Part shown: positions 1-9,664 of the stretch, piece after piece | Layout: each line of letters opens with the position of its first letter | Numbering within the stretch: position 1 is the first letter of the stretch | Source: Trichomonas gallinae | Lineage: Eukaryota | DNA length: 48,646 nucleotides | NCBI GenBank assembly: GCA_008369845.1 | Contig: MRSU01010131.1 | Coordinates: forward strand, 1-48,646 | Reading direction: 5' to 3' | Notes under the pieces: model-generated | Seen by the model: the letters and a program-made list of their open reading frames with translations, nothing else | Database searches by the model: none | What the model was told of the DNA's origin: nothing | Translations under genes and position numbers: made by a program

Positions 1-731
1 GCTGGCGCAGCCTTTGGAGCTGGTTTAGCAGCTGGTTTCTCATCTTCAGAGTATGAGTAGTAATCATCATCGTTTTTAGCTGGAGCGGCCTTTGGAGCTG
101 GTTTAGCTGGTGCTGGCGCAGCCTTTGGAGCCGGTTTCTCTTCATCGGAATAGTATGAATATTCTGATTCTTCTTTCTTAGCTGGAGCTGGCTTGGCTGG
201 TGCAGATTTTTGTGGTTGTTTAGCTGGAGCTGGTTTAGCAACTGGTTTCTCATCCTCGGAATAAGAATATTCAGATTCGACCTTCTTAGCTGGAACTGGG
301 GCAGCTTTTGGTGCTGGTTTAGCTGGAGCAGCTGTTTGTTTAGTAGTTGCTGGCTTGGCAGCCGGCTTCTCATCTTCAGAATATGAATAGTATTCCGATT
401 CATCCTTCTTCGCTGGTGTTGGATTTACCTTTTGTGTTTGCTTAGCTGGTGTTGGTTTTGGAGCTGGTTTCTCGTCTTCGGAATAAGAATATGAATATTC
501 TTCTTCTTTTTTAGTATTCACGGCAGTTTTAGCAGGAATTGTTGTTTTATTTTGTTGTGGAGCTGGTTTTGCTGTATTGTTTCCTTTCTTTGGTGGAACA
601 TCTTCGTTATCAGAATAATAATCTGAGTATTCTTCTTGTTGTTTTTGTGGAGCAGCTTTCTTTGCTGGCTGCGGTTTTGCGGCAGGCTTCTTTGTTTCCT
701 CGACTTCAGAATAATAGCTGTAATCACTCAT
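1..731 (-). CDS. Low-complexity repeat protein, 5' part only (runs off the window start); acidic Tyr/Ser motifs alternating with Lys/Pro/Ala segments
   Basis: Manual translation from ATG at 731: MSDYSYYSEVEETKKPAAKPQPAKK...EEEYSYSYSEDEKPAPKP...DDDYYSYSEDEKPAAKPAPKAAP, open to base 1 with no stop, hence absent from the ORF track; 7 (E/D)Y(S/Y)xYS(E/D)-type motifs. Confidence 0.9.
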   Translation of the reverse strand, partial: MSDYSYYSEVEETKKPAAKPQPAKKAAPQKQQEEYSDYYSDNEDVPPKKGNNTAKPAPQQNKTTIPAKTAVNTKKEEEYSYSYSEDEKPAPKPTPAKQTQKVNPTPAKKDESEYYSYSEDEKPAAKPATTKQTAAPAKPAPKAAPVPAKKVESEYSYSEDEKPVAKPAPAKQPQKSAPAKPAPAKKEESEYSYYSDEEKPAPKAAPAPAKPAPKAAPAKNDDDYYSYSEDEKPAAKPAPKAAP

Positions 732-806
732 CGTCGATAGATTTTGAGGACCTCTTGTCACCTTTTTTGATAGTGTCTAAAATTTTGTAAAGTTCGGACT
801 TTTCAC

Positions 807-1259
807 TGCCACGTAAACAAATTACAATGGCAAAATCATTTCCATAATGACATGTAAATAATCCAAAATGACACGTAATCTTTTCATTCAAATTTTAGAT
901 GACACGTAAACTATTTATATTGACAAATCCATTCATAAAATGACATGTAAATAATCAAATGATTCAAAATTTAGATGACATGTAAAATATTTATAATGGC
1001 AAAATCTAGCAAATCTTGAAATCTAATTCTGAATTAAAAACTCGATAGATTCTAATAGAGTGGTATCTACGTAACTTGTTTGTTAATATCTACACATTAT
1101 ATCATAATATTCCGGTAAACAAAAAGTATTGATTTATGAATTAGTTAGGAAGATAAATGCTCATATTAGATAATAAGGCTTTAATATGAAAATGACAAGT
1201 AAAAAGTTTACTTTGTCAAAAATATGACTGACATGTAAATAGTTTACAATGACAAAATT
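807..1259. promoter_or_regulatory. Phased array of TGACAYGTAAA / TGRCAAAAT motifs in a divergent intergenic region
   Basis: Motif starts at 807, 828, 848, 869, 900, 921, 941, 976, 997, 1193, 1229, 1250; most spacings 20-21 bp; regulatory role is inferred. Confidence 0.6.
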
Positions 1260-1263
1260 TTAA

Positions 1264-2388
1264 ATGCTGATTTCGCATTTCATCTATTTTTCGATACAGA
1301 CATGGTGGGATTTTAATGCTCGTGAATTTGCCGAAAAGCAAATGAATAGTTTCAATAAACCTATTTTTAATCTCTGCTATTCGCGTTATTGCCCACATTG
1401 TCACGGACTTCCTGAAGGATTTAGGAATTTCGATAAAACTCTTGGTGATAGAGACGACATTTACATATCCATGATAGATTGCGCTGTAAGTGCTGACTGT
1501 GGATACTTCAGAATCCATGGAACGCCATCGATCAGAATAGTTTTAGGAGATAATGTTAGATACTGGCCAGAAACAGGTGAGAGGGGTCCAAATGGATGGA
1601 CTCGTTTCATAAATAGCTGGATTTTCCCAAGCCTCCGCAGAATTTACAATCAAACAGAGTTGGATCATGCGATTCTCGAGCCTACAGATGGTGGAACAAC
1701 ATTCTTCTTAGAGGTTCCATCTGAATCACATCCTTGGGTTTCTAAAATTCGCAACTTATCAGTTCGATTCAAAATTTACAATGACACATTCGTTTATAGA
1801 GTCAACGAAACAGTCAAAAAAGCAACTCTTTACGCATACAGAAGCAAGTATTGCGTCGAGAAATATGATGGATTGGATCTAGGCTTAGTTCCATTTATTA
1901 AATACAACAAATTTGGAATTTATCATAGATATGACTTCACCGAGTGGGATAAATTACATAGTGGTCATAGAAATAACGCAATTTTCATTGTGAAGAAAGA
2001 ATTAACTCAATCACAGAAGGATTCATTATTAGAATTATCGAAAGACTATTGCAAGGGATATAATTTAGGCTGGGCACATGTAGACGAACATGAAGCGAGA
2101 ATTCTCAAAATGGCAAACGTCGCTCAATACGAACTGCCTTTGCTAAAAGCTGTAAATTTCAATCCGCCGAATTTGCAGAAGTTTAAAGGCCCGCTGAGAG
2201 CTGCTGGTGAGATGAATTTCCTTCCTATTGAGAGAGATAGACAATATTTCAAAGAAAACATGCCAGGACTTTATTTTGCAATGAAAATTACAGCAATTTC
2301 ATGGATTATTTATATTTTATATGTTTTAACTCCCATTATATTCGTTCAATCGAAAGAACAAAGAAAACCATCTCCAACAACATTGTGA
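1264..2388 (+). CDS. Thioredoxin/PDI-like membrane protein
   Basis: 374-aa ORF; hydrophobic N-terminus, YCPHC redox motif, IDC...C...IHGTPSI thioredoxin-fold signature, C-terminal TM helix. Confidence 0.85.
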   Translation: MLISHFIYFSIQTWWDFNAREFAEKQMNSFNKPIFNLCYSRYCPHCHGLPEGFRNFDKTLGDRDDIYISMIDCAVSADCGYFRIHGTPSIRIVLGDNVRYWPETGERGPNGWTRFINSWIFPSLRRIYNQTELDHAILEPTDGGTTFFLEVPSESHPWVSKIRNLSVRFKIYNDTFVYRVNETVKKATLYAYRSKYCVEKYDGLDLGLVPFIKYNKFGIYHRYDFTEWDKLHSGHRNNAIFIVKKELTQSQKDSLLELSKDYCKGYNLGWAHVDEHEARILKMANVAQYELPLLKAVNFNPPNLQKFKGPLRAAGEMNFLPIERDRQYFKENMPGLYFAMKITAISWIIYILYVLTPIIFVQSKEQRKPSPTTL

Positions 2389-2478
2389 GTATATAATTTG
2401 TTAAATTTTTGTATTGTTTAATAATAAAATTGATATTTAATCATAAAAAACAATAAATATTTACAACAACACTCAAAA

Positions 2479-3345
2479 TTAAGCTGTTCCGCCATTTTCA
2501 GGCACTGGATTTTGATCAAATTGAGCAACTACCAAATTATTTTTCTCATCTGTACTTTGATCGATATCTTCGTAATATCTGGCCCATTCAAAGCCATCAA
2601 TCCTATTTTGCATTGGTAAAAACCATTCCCACCAATATTTACCGAAAATTTGTCTGAAGCTTGTCATTCCATCAATACTGTACTTATTTTTGTTCACCTT
2701 GGCAATACCTTCAAGTGTTGTGTGATCATAGATTGTATTCGGACAAAATGAAAATCCAAATCCGGAAATATAAACAGCCAAGAAGATTCCACCTCCAAAC
2801 AAAATCCAGTAGATGAACTTAAACTCAGTGTTGTCCGTTCCAAGGTATAAAAGCGCTGAAGATCCTCCAACAATTAATAATAAACTGCTATAAACCATGA
2901 AAAGGATAAAGGGTTTCATGTTTTTAAGTGCAACGCAGTTGCCAATTGCAGGACAATGATGATCAAAGCGGAAATAACATTTATTGCAAGATGAACAGTG
3001 ATGTGTTCTTTTTGATTTAGGTAGATTGCATTTACTACACGGAGGGAAGTTATTGATTTGACTTTGAAGCTCTTCAGATAAAGGGTTCGCTTTATGCTCA
3101 GCAATTTCGCGCTCCACACTTCCAGCATCCATCCAGGATAAGCTTATATGGGCCCATATCCAAAGTACTGAGAAGAGGATGTAAAATACAAGGACTACGA
3201 AGTAACATGCTTGCGCAGTTGAATTGAATATTGAGTATTTCATGAAAACGAACATAATTATTGCAGCTGTAACTCCGCAGTAGACCAATATTAATATTAT
3301 TCGTGCAGCGACGTCGCCGATGTGACAAGGAGCCCAATAAACCAT
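2479..3345 (-). CDS. DHHC palmitoyltransferase
   Basis: Cys-rich domain CSKC..PK..RTHHCSSCNKC..RFDHHCPAIGNCV, four TM helices, TTLE (TTxE) motif. Confidence 0.95.
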   Translation of the reverse strand: MVYWAPCHIGDVAARIILILVYCGVTAAIIMFVFMKYSIFNSTAQACYFVVLVFYILFSVLWIWAHISLSWMDAGSVEREIAEHKANPLSEELQSQINNFPPCSKCNLPKSKRTHHCSSCNKCYFRFDHHCPAIGNCVALKNMKPFILFMVYSSLLLIVGGSSALLYLGTDNTEFKFIYWILFGGGIFLAVYISGFGFSFCPNTIYDHTTLEGIAKVNKNKYSIDGMTSFRQIFGKYWWEWFLPMQNRIDGFEWARYYEDIDQSTDEKNNLVVAQFDQNPVPENGGTA

Positions 3346-3364
3346 AAAAATTTTTAAAAAGAAA

Positions 3365-3369
3365 AGTGA
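3365..3369 (-). promoter_or_regulatory. Initiator (Inr) element TCACT
   Basis: Matches the trichomonad Inr consensus TCAYW ~20 nt upstream of the DHHC ATG; similar Inrs at 26612-26616(-), 32735-32739(+), 38834-38838(+), 44938-44942(-), 47841-47845(-). Confidence 0.6.
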
Positions 3370-4254
3370 ATCATTTTATCATTTTATCCATTAATCTATT
3401 ATAGTTTTTCCTTAGCAGTTTTTTTTATCGCAAAATTGACCAAAACTCATTGTTTCAAAATCAATTCATTTAATCATTCGAGATTTGTTAATTTAATCAT
3501 TAGAAATATTCTCTATTCATCATAGAGATAATAATTTTAGATCCGAATTCAATTTTAACAAAACTTTAATTCTTTTTGGAATAATCTGAGAATCTCACAA
3601 GCCAGAGGAACAATCTAAGACAGGAAGGAGATTCATTCAGTTATGCATAAAAACTCAGCTTGTATCATTATATAATAACTGTTTATCAGATATTAGTGGC
3701 CATCAAGATGATATAGTATTAATACTATCTGTTCTATGAAAATGTCTAATTTTATGAATAATGGAGAACCTTCTGTTTCTTCTTTTATACGATTTAAACA
3801 ACTTAATGCATCAGAATGCAATATGTCTAATAACTATTTGTCGTATTCGTTCTTGTATAGTCAAACTTTAAACTTGATGAATGATTTATATGCAAACAAT
3901 AGTGCCGAATCTAGATCAATGATGTGTGGCATGATTTTGTGTTTTCTTCGTTTGTAATGAATATATTGATGTGTGGCATGATTTTTAATGGGGATATATT
4001 GATAGAAGAATTGAATGATGAAAGATAATGATTGTTTCGGTAATGAATTAGGATCATTATGTGTTGTGAATAATAACAATGTTTCATCATCAAATTTGAC
4101 ATATGTCGATAATGAGGATTCATTAGACTTCGAATTAAGCCTTTTCATATGCTAACAATAATCAAAAATTCTTGATTCATCATTGGATGCAATTTAAAAT
4201 AGAATTTTAGATCAGAATTCAATCAAATCACTTTTTATTTCAAATATTATAATT

Positions 4255-5343
4255 TTAAGCGAGAGAGCTGCTAATGCTGACTGGCTTAACATCCTTTGGT
4301 GTTGAACCATGTTCGATTCCGATATCTCTAATATTCTCAACAAAATGATATGGAAGTGTTCTATCCTTGAATGTCAAATTGTTCCACTTTGGATCCTTAA
4401 TTGTGAGAACTGTCTTCTCACACATGAGGTAAGCGCGGATTGTCTGTGGAACGGCAATAAGGCGAACCTCGCCAGTTATAGTATAGCAAATAGCAATTGG
4501 ACATGGATCTGTCTTTCCACCAGTGATCTGGACAACTAAGTAGTCATTTTCGTTCTTGAGGCTGCCTTTAAGTCTGTTGAAAAGCTTCTTGTTAGAGAGT
4601 GTTGCGTCATATCCTGAGAAAGAGCGTGAAATGATCTCCTGAAGACGTGCAAGATTAGCAGCTGGAAGAGCCCATCCCTCAACGATGACCATAGCTTGCT
4701 CGTAGTTCTTCATGGCGTCGTTGTAATTAGCTAACAATTCATTAACTGTACCAAGGTTCATCAAAGTATCGGCATTTTTGTCTAATCCATTCATTATAGC
4801 CATCTTGATAGCTTTCTGAGCCTGAAGAATGTTATCTCTGCCGCTAAGACCGAGATAAGCGAGAGCGAGTGTTTCCCAAGATTTTCCATTCTTCATGTCG
4901 AGCTTGACGGCCTTATTTGCATACTCGAGTGACTTCTCGTGGTTCTGTGGCTGAAGTCTGCGATAGCAAAGCGAAATGAGGCTATAAATTTCCGGTGATG
5001 GGTCAATAGCTGTGTTGCCTTCGAGGCACTCAAGGGCAGCAGCTGGATTTCCGTCGTGTAAATTGGCCTCAGCCTCGCAGATATAAATATCAGAATTGGT
5101 CATATCGAGGCGAGCAGCTGCATGGAAATCTTCGATGAGTTTCTTGATGTCATGCTTCTTGCCTGCCTTGAATTCGATAAGTTTGACCTTAGCGACTAAG
5201 AATAAGTTTTCGTTGAATTTGGAGTCATTCAAGAGCTCTTCTGTCTTCTTAAGGATTTCCATTTTCTCTTTTGGTGATTCCTCGTTTGTCTGGACGCGAT
5301 ACCAGAGGTCATTTGTGATTTTCGTATATTCTTCTGTTGACAT
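4255..5343 (-). CDS. TTC5: TPR protein, TTC5/Strap-like
   Basis: First ATG at 5343 (track starts at GTG 5346); multiple TPRs; SLEYANKAVKLDMKNGKSWETLALAYL resembles the TTC5 A.LAV.MD..DG.SW..LG..YL segment; beta-rich C-terminal domain consistent with the TTC5 OB fold. Confidence 0.7.
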   Translation of the reverse strand: MSTEEYTKITNDLWYRVQTNEESPKEKMEILKKTEELLNDSKFNENLFLVAKVKLIEFKAGKKHDIKKLIEDFHAAARLDMTNSDIYICEAEANLHDGNPAAALECLEGNTAIDPSPEIYSLISLCYRRLQPQNHEKSLEYANKAVKLDMKNGKSWETLALAYLGLSGRDNILQAQKAIKMAIMNGLDKNADTLMNLGTVNELLANYNDAMKNYEQAMVIVEGWALPAANLARLQEIISRSFSGYDATLSNKKLFNRLKGSLKNENDYLVVQITGGKTDPCPIAICYTITGEVRLIAVPQTIRAYLMCEKTVLTIKDPKWNNLTFKDRTLPYHFVENIRDIGIEHGSTPKDVKPVSISSSLA

Positions 5344-5408
5344 CACTAAGTAGTGTCGGTTTAAAATTATTTCTCGTTATTTTTCATACATCTGACACAT
5401 AAATTAAA

Positions 5409-5735
5409 TTTACATAACAAATTTAAAATATACACGTCAAAATTTGTTTTTACGTAGCAAATTTTATATTTACATAACATTTCAATAATTTACATTACAA
5501 AATAGTAGTGACGCTTTCCGCGGTTTCATTCAATTTTGAATTCACCTTGAAAAGAATAACAACTATTGCTAAAATGTTTTTGCATAACAAGTTATATATT
5601 TACATTACAAAAATTCGTTTTTACATAACAAATTATCTATTTACATGTCATATTCATATTTCTACATAACGAATAAATCAGTTACATTACAAAATATAAT
5701 TTTCTGCTTGCAAAACTTTATTTTCCATGACATAA
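5409..5735. repeat. Degenerate 20-bp tandem array (core TTTACAYRWCA) interrupted by a ~70-bp element
   Basis: TAC cores at 5411, 5431, 5451, 5471, 5491 (exact 20-bp period), resuming at 5581, 5601, 5622, 5642, 5663, 5683, 5724. Confidence 0.85.
5504..5577 (+). repeat. Dispersed ~74-bp palindromic repeat (family A), copy 1
   Basis: About 67/74 identical to the reverse complement of 21260-21332 by manual alignment. Confidence 0.9.
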
Positions 5736-5867
5736 TAATATTTTTGCAAAAGATTATATACGACCAAAACCGATTTCGATTGATTTCATATATGAGAGAT
5801 AAAAATATTCAATTTTCAAGAGTAAATACCAAAATATAGAAAGATTTAATAGACAATATTATCGAAA

Positions 5868-7160
5868 TTAGTTAACATATTCAGCTGGGATTTCAAGATC
5901 TTGGAAATCCATTGTTGTGACAACAGCAATATCTTCTTTCTTATTCTTGACCAAAACATTAGCACCTGGATCCAAATGAACGTTTCCAGTGTTGAAGCTC
6001 TGTGCTATAAAGCATGTGTGTTGATTGTACTTCTGAAGTAAAATAACAGCATCTCGAAGGACATATCCCATTTCGTTCTTAGCCTGAACAAGATATCTAT
6101 TGTTGTTATCCATGTTGACAACGTTGACTAATGTGCCTTTCTTGAGTGTAATCTCATCTGGCATTCTTGCAGTGTAGTCTTCAAATATTTCTCCGATTTC
6201 TTTCTCCATCTCTGTCTGGAAGATTTCGTTTCCGAGAATTGGCGATATGTCGAACTGGAGCTTTGGTATATTGAGGTCAGCTGGGGCAGGTGGAGAAGGA
6301 TGAGCTTTCGATTGTGATAGAGCTTCGTCGAGCTGCGAATCTAGTGTCTCTTGCTTGATGATACCACCTAAGAATGCCTGTGCGCACTCTTTCTTGTTCT
6401 TAATGCTCTCACATAATATGGCAAATTCTTGATATATGCCCTGTATGTCCTCATGGAGCTTTTCTTCGAGCATTTCGAAAGTTGAAAGGAAGCTCTCCAT
6501 AGATTTACCCCAATTGATCTCGGCTTCTTGTGTTTCAGCATGAAGTTCTTTGTGACCACGAATGAAAACGTTCAATTCATCGATTTGCTTTGTCTTTTTA
6601 TCTCTTAATTTCTCATCGTCAGGCGTTTGTTGCAGTTTCGCATAGTTGGATTCGATTAGGGAAATAAGTTGCTGATATTTTTGTTTTGATGCTTCGTATT
6701 TATCAACAAGGGCTTTATATGCCTTTTTCTCTTTCTTGATGTTCGCAAAAAGCATGCCAGTTTGTTTCTTATATTCCATGACAACGAAATTCAAGTTTTC
6801 GACAAAGTTGGTTTGGAAGAGTTCAATCTCAACATCAAGGCCTGGTGGTACACTGAATATAGAAAGTGACATCTTTTCTATAATTTCTATGAAATGCTTT
6901 TCAAAATCGTTGAATTTATCGACAGGACCTGGGATTGGAACGGAATTTGTTGAGAGAAGGTTATTAGCCAAAGATTTTAAGCCCGTTGCTCTCTTATATG
7001 GTACATCGCGGTCAATTTTTGCAAGTGTTGCCAAAAATTGTTTGTTTGACTTAATAAACTGCTGAGCCTGTTCCACGAACGCTTCAAGGAACGTAAGCTT
7101 AGAGTCTACAGCCTTACTAATGACTTCTATCGATTGTGGATATGTTAATGGAACCGTCAT
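5868..7160 (-). CDS. Coiled-coil (BAR/F-BAR-like) protein with C-terminal SH3 domain(s)
   Basis: Long helical region, Pro-rich linker (PSPPAP), then EDYTARMPDEITLKKGTLVNV...EMGYV SH3 signature and a possible second degenerate SH3. Confidence 0.75.
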   Translation of the reverse strand: MTVPLTYPQSIEVISKAVDSKLTFLEAFVEQAQQFIKSNKQFLATLAKIDRDVPYKRATGLKSLANNLLSTNSVPIPGPVDKFNDFEKHFIEIIEKMSLSIFSVPPGLDVEIELFQTNFVENLNFVVMEYKKQTGMLFANIKKEKKAYKALVDKYEASKQKYQQLISLIESNYAKLQQTPDDEKLRDKKTKQIDELNVFIRGHKELHAETQEAEINWGKSMESFLSTFEMLEEKLHEDIQGIYQEFAILCESIKNKKECAQAFLGGIIKQETLDSQLDEALSQSKAHPSPPAPADLNIPKLQFDISPILGNEIFQTEMEKEIGEIFEDYTARMPDEITLKKGTLVNVVNMDNNNRYLVQAKNEMGYVLRDAVILLQKYNQHTCFIAQSFNTGNVHLDPGANVLVKNKKEDIAVVTTMDFQDLEIPAEYVN

Positions 7161-8064
7161 GTTTTAATTTATTTTTGTCAATTTTATGAATCATTTTGTT
7201 TTTCTTCCAGGTTCGAAAATTTATATTTTATCTTATTTTATGCTTAAAAACATAAATCAAAGGGAAAATAGGCTAATTGTCTTTTTGAATTCCTGAATCA
7301 TCCGATTTTGGATGATTTTTTATCATATTTCGCTACCTTTTTCATATATCATTCGATATCAATTGTTAGATTATAAAAAATTACTCGGCCGATTGAAATT
7401 ATTGACTCAGTCCCTTTTCAATGGCTTATTTAGTTTGCTTTAAAGATTAAGCCAGGAAAGATGGGTATTATGCGTGTTCTATATGAAAAAAGCTGATATA
7501 TGCATATCTGCAACGAATCATTAATAAAAAATTGATTTTTCACGTAGTTATGCTACAAAATGTCATTAGATGCAGCTAGTATCGTATTTAGGATTGATAT
7601 TCATTGTTCTTTTGCTCAAATACATATCTTTCTTGTTTCTTATCACATATTATCTAAATGCGACCAAATTTATATTTAGGATCAATATGTTTTGGAGAAG
7701 TCAAAAGATTTATGTTAGTTCATTATGATCTACATATTATTCAATAATTCGAATTCAAACTCCATCCATAGCATCACGTGTTTAATATATCAATTCTTTG
7801 GTGTTTAAATATTAGATTTGTATGAATCAATCTAGATGAAATTGATATTTATTTAATGAAATATTTTTTCCATTTATTTTATTGATATTTGAGCTTGAAT
7901 ATTTCAATTACCATAAAATATTGATATTATGAATATAAAAATTTACATATTTCTGCATAAATATCATTTAATATTTTGTTTTTTATCATAATCAAAATTG
8001 AAAAATGATTCTATGTTTTCCATATGGAAAAATCATAAATAATATTCAAAAATATAATGATTTT

Positions 8065-9531
8065 TTAGAAGGCACTTGTATAACTGACCGAATACAAATC
8101 ATTCTTGTTGACAGGAGCCGGTTTCCTGATCTTTAGCTTAGTTGATGCATACATCTTATTAGCCATTAATTCTAAGGTGTCCAAAATGCTTGGAGTTTCT
8201 TTTGTTTTATTGACTGGTGCGATTGTGTCAAGATACTTTGACTTTCTATTTTCTTCTGTAACAACAATCATATTAACAAGATCAAGAGATGCATTGATCT
8301 TCTTGGAAAGGATATGATCATATAGATAATTTGTGATAACTTTCTGATCCTCTGCCAATCTTTCATCCTGTTCCTTTTTACTAAGCTTAGCTAATTCTTG
8401 CTTCTCCTTTTCTGTGTATGTATCTAAAACAAGATATTTGATCTCAACTTTGGAATATTTCTGAACAATCATGACTAAATTCTCCTTAAGAACGAAGTAC
8501 TGAATTTTCTTAAAGTATGTTCCATATGGCTCCCCCGGAAAAACAGCTTTGCAGTCTGGGAGTCTCTGCTTAAAACCAGTAAAATCATTCTTTTTATATT
8601 GTTCGAAAAGCTCGGTCAATCTATAGCATTCTGGATCACGATTAAATGAAAACACGTCGGGTCTCGATAAAATTTCTGGAATTTGCTGAGAAAGCATAGC
8701 TGTCAGGTGAACGAAATTAAGAACCTTCTTTTTGGTATCAGAATAAGCTTTAATGTACTCATCAAGTGACTCACAGTAGCTCTTGCATGCTTCTTTGAAT
8801 AAATTCTTCTTAAGAGCAATAATTGCTTGAGCGAATTTGTAGACAGCAAGTTGGCGAGAACTTGTATTCTTTGGATCTATGAAAGGCTCAAGTATCTGTT
8901 TATATTTTACGATATCTGCTTCATTTTCGTTTGTCACAGCTCTTTCTAATTTAATAGACGCTAATCGTAGAGATTGATGTAGTAAATCATAATCAGGTTT
9001 TGGACTTTCGACGATGTATTGACTTGTGTGTTCGATTAAATCATCGGCATTTTGTTGTTTTGCAATAACATCCTCAATTCGTTGAAGCTGGAGGTTCAAA
9101 GCCCATTTTTCAAATTTCTTATCATTTGGATCAAGTAAGTTGCATGCGCATTCGATGAATGCTGGTTTGATACTTACATCAGCATAGTTCATAATGAATT
9201 GCAACAAATTATTGAAACGGTCGATTTTGAGATTGTCTTCTTTAGCAAAATTGTAACATGATTCGAATATCGCAAGAAAATTATCTTTTTCTTCGGGGAT
9301 TTTACAGAAATAATGAAGGAGGTGTACTGATGCTTTACCTTTCAATCTTGGTTGATCATCTTCACCTTCATAGTTGAAAACCTGAAGAAAATTATCAATT
9401 CCCTCATCGGATTCTGGGTCACGCTTGGCATTTCTGTACCATGTTTCCTGGTTTTCGGCCTCTTCTTCTTCCGCGACCTCTTCTTCCATAATATATTCTT
9501 CCTCCTCGATGATCTCTTCTTCTTCAGTCAT
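8065..9531 (-). CDS. CSN2: PCI-domain protein, divergent COP9 signalosome subunit 2-like
   Basis: Acidic N-terminus then ENQ..YRNAK...FLQVFNYEG; KKVLNFVHLTAMLS; FNRDPE...LFEQYKKNDFTGF; KINASLDLVNMIV match CSN2 blocks in order. Confidence 0.7.
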   Translation of the reverse strand: MTEEEEIIEEEEYIMEEEVAEEEEAENQETWYRNAKRDPESDEGIDNFLQVFNYEGEDDQPRLKGKASVHLLHYFCKIPEEKDNFLAIFESCYNFAKEDNLKIDRFNNLLQFIMNYADVSIKPAFIECACNLLDPNDKKFEKWALNLQLQRIEDVIAKQQNADDLIEHTSQYIVESPKPDYDLLHQSLRLASIKLERAVTNENEADIVKYKQILEPFIDPKNTSSRQLAVYKFAQAIIALKKNLFKEACKSYCESLDEYIKAYSDTKKKVLNFVHLTAMLSQQIPEILSRPDVFSFNRDPECYRLTELFEQYKKNDFTGFKQRLPDCKAVFPGEPYGTYFKKIQYFVLKENLVMIVQKYSKVEIKYLVLDTYTEKEKQELAKLSKKEQDERLAEDQKVITNYLYDHILSKKINASLDLVNMIVVTEENRKSKYLDTIAPVNKTKETPSILDTLELMANKMYASTKLKIRKPAPVNKNDLYSVSYTSAF

Positions 9532-9664
9532 ATTAATTTTGTAAACTAAATAATGACAGGAGAAAATTTGCGGAGAAAAAATCCGTCACTTTTATACAAT
9601 TATGACATTTTGACACATCATTTTACACGTCAGATCATGACAAATTATTTTACGTGTCAGAATT

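Noticed and set aside
3736..4148. Three short overlapping ORFs and a 19-bp direct repeat (3920, 3967)
   Set aside because: AT-rich, no coding signature or domain; likely decayed intergenic sequence
5409..5735. CRISPR-like repeat/spacer appearance
   Set aside because: Period only 20 bp, cores degenerate, spacers ~10 bp, no cas genes, eukaryotic context
7200..7225. GGTTCGAA tRNA T-loop-like sequence
   Set aside because: No cloverleaf stems or A box nearby
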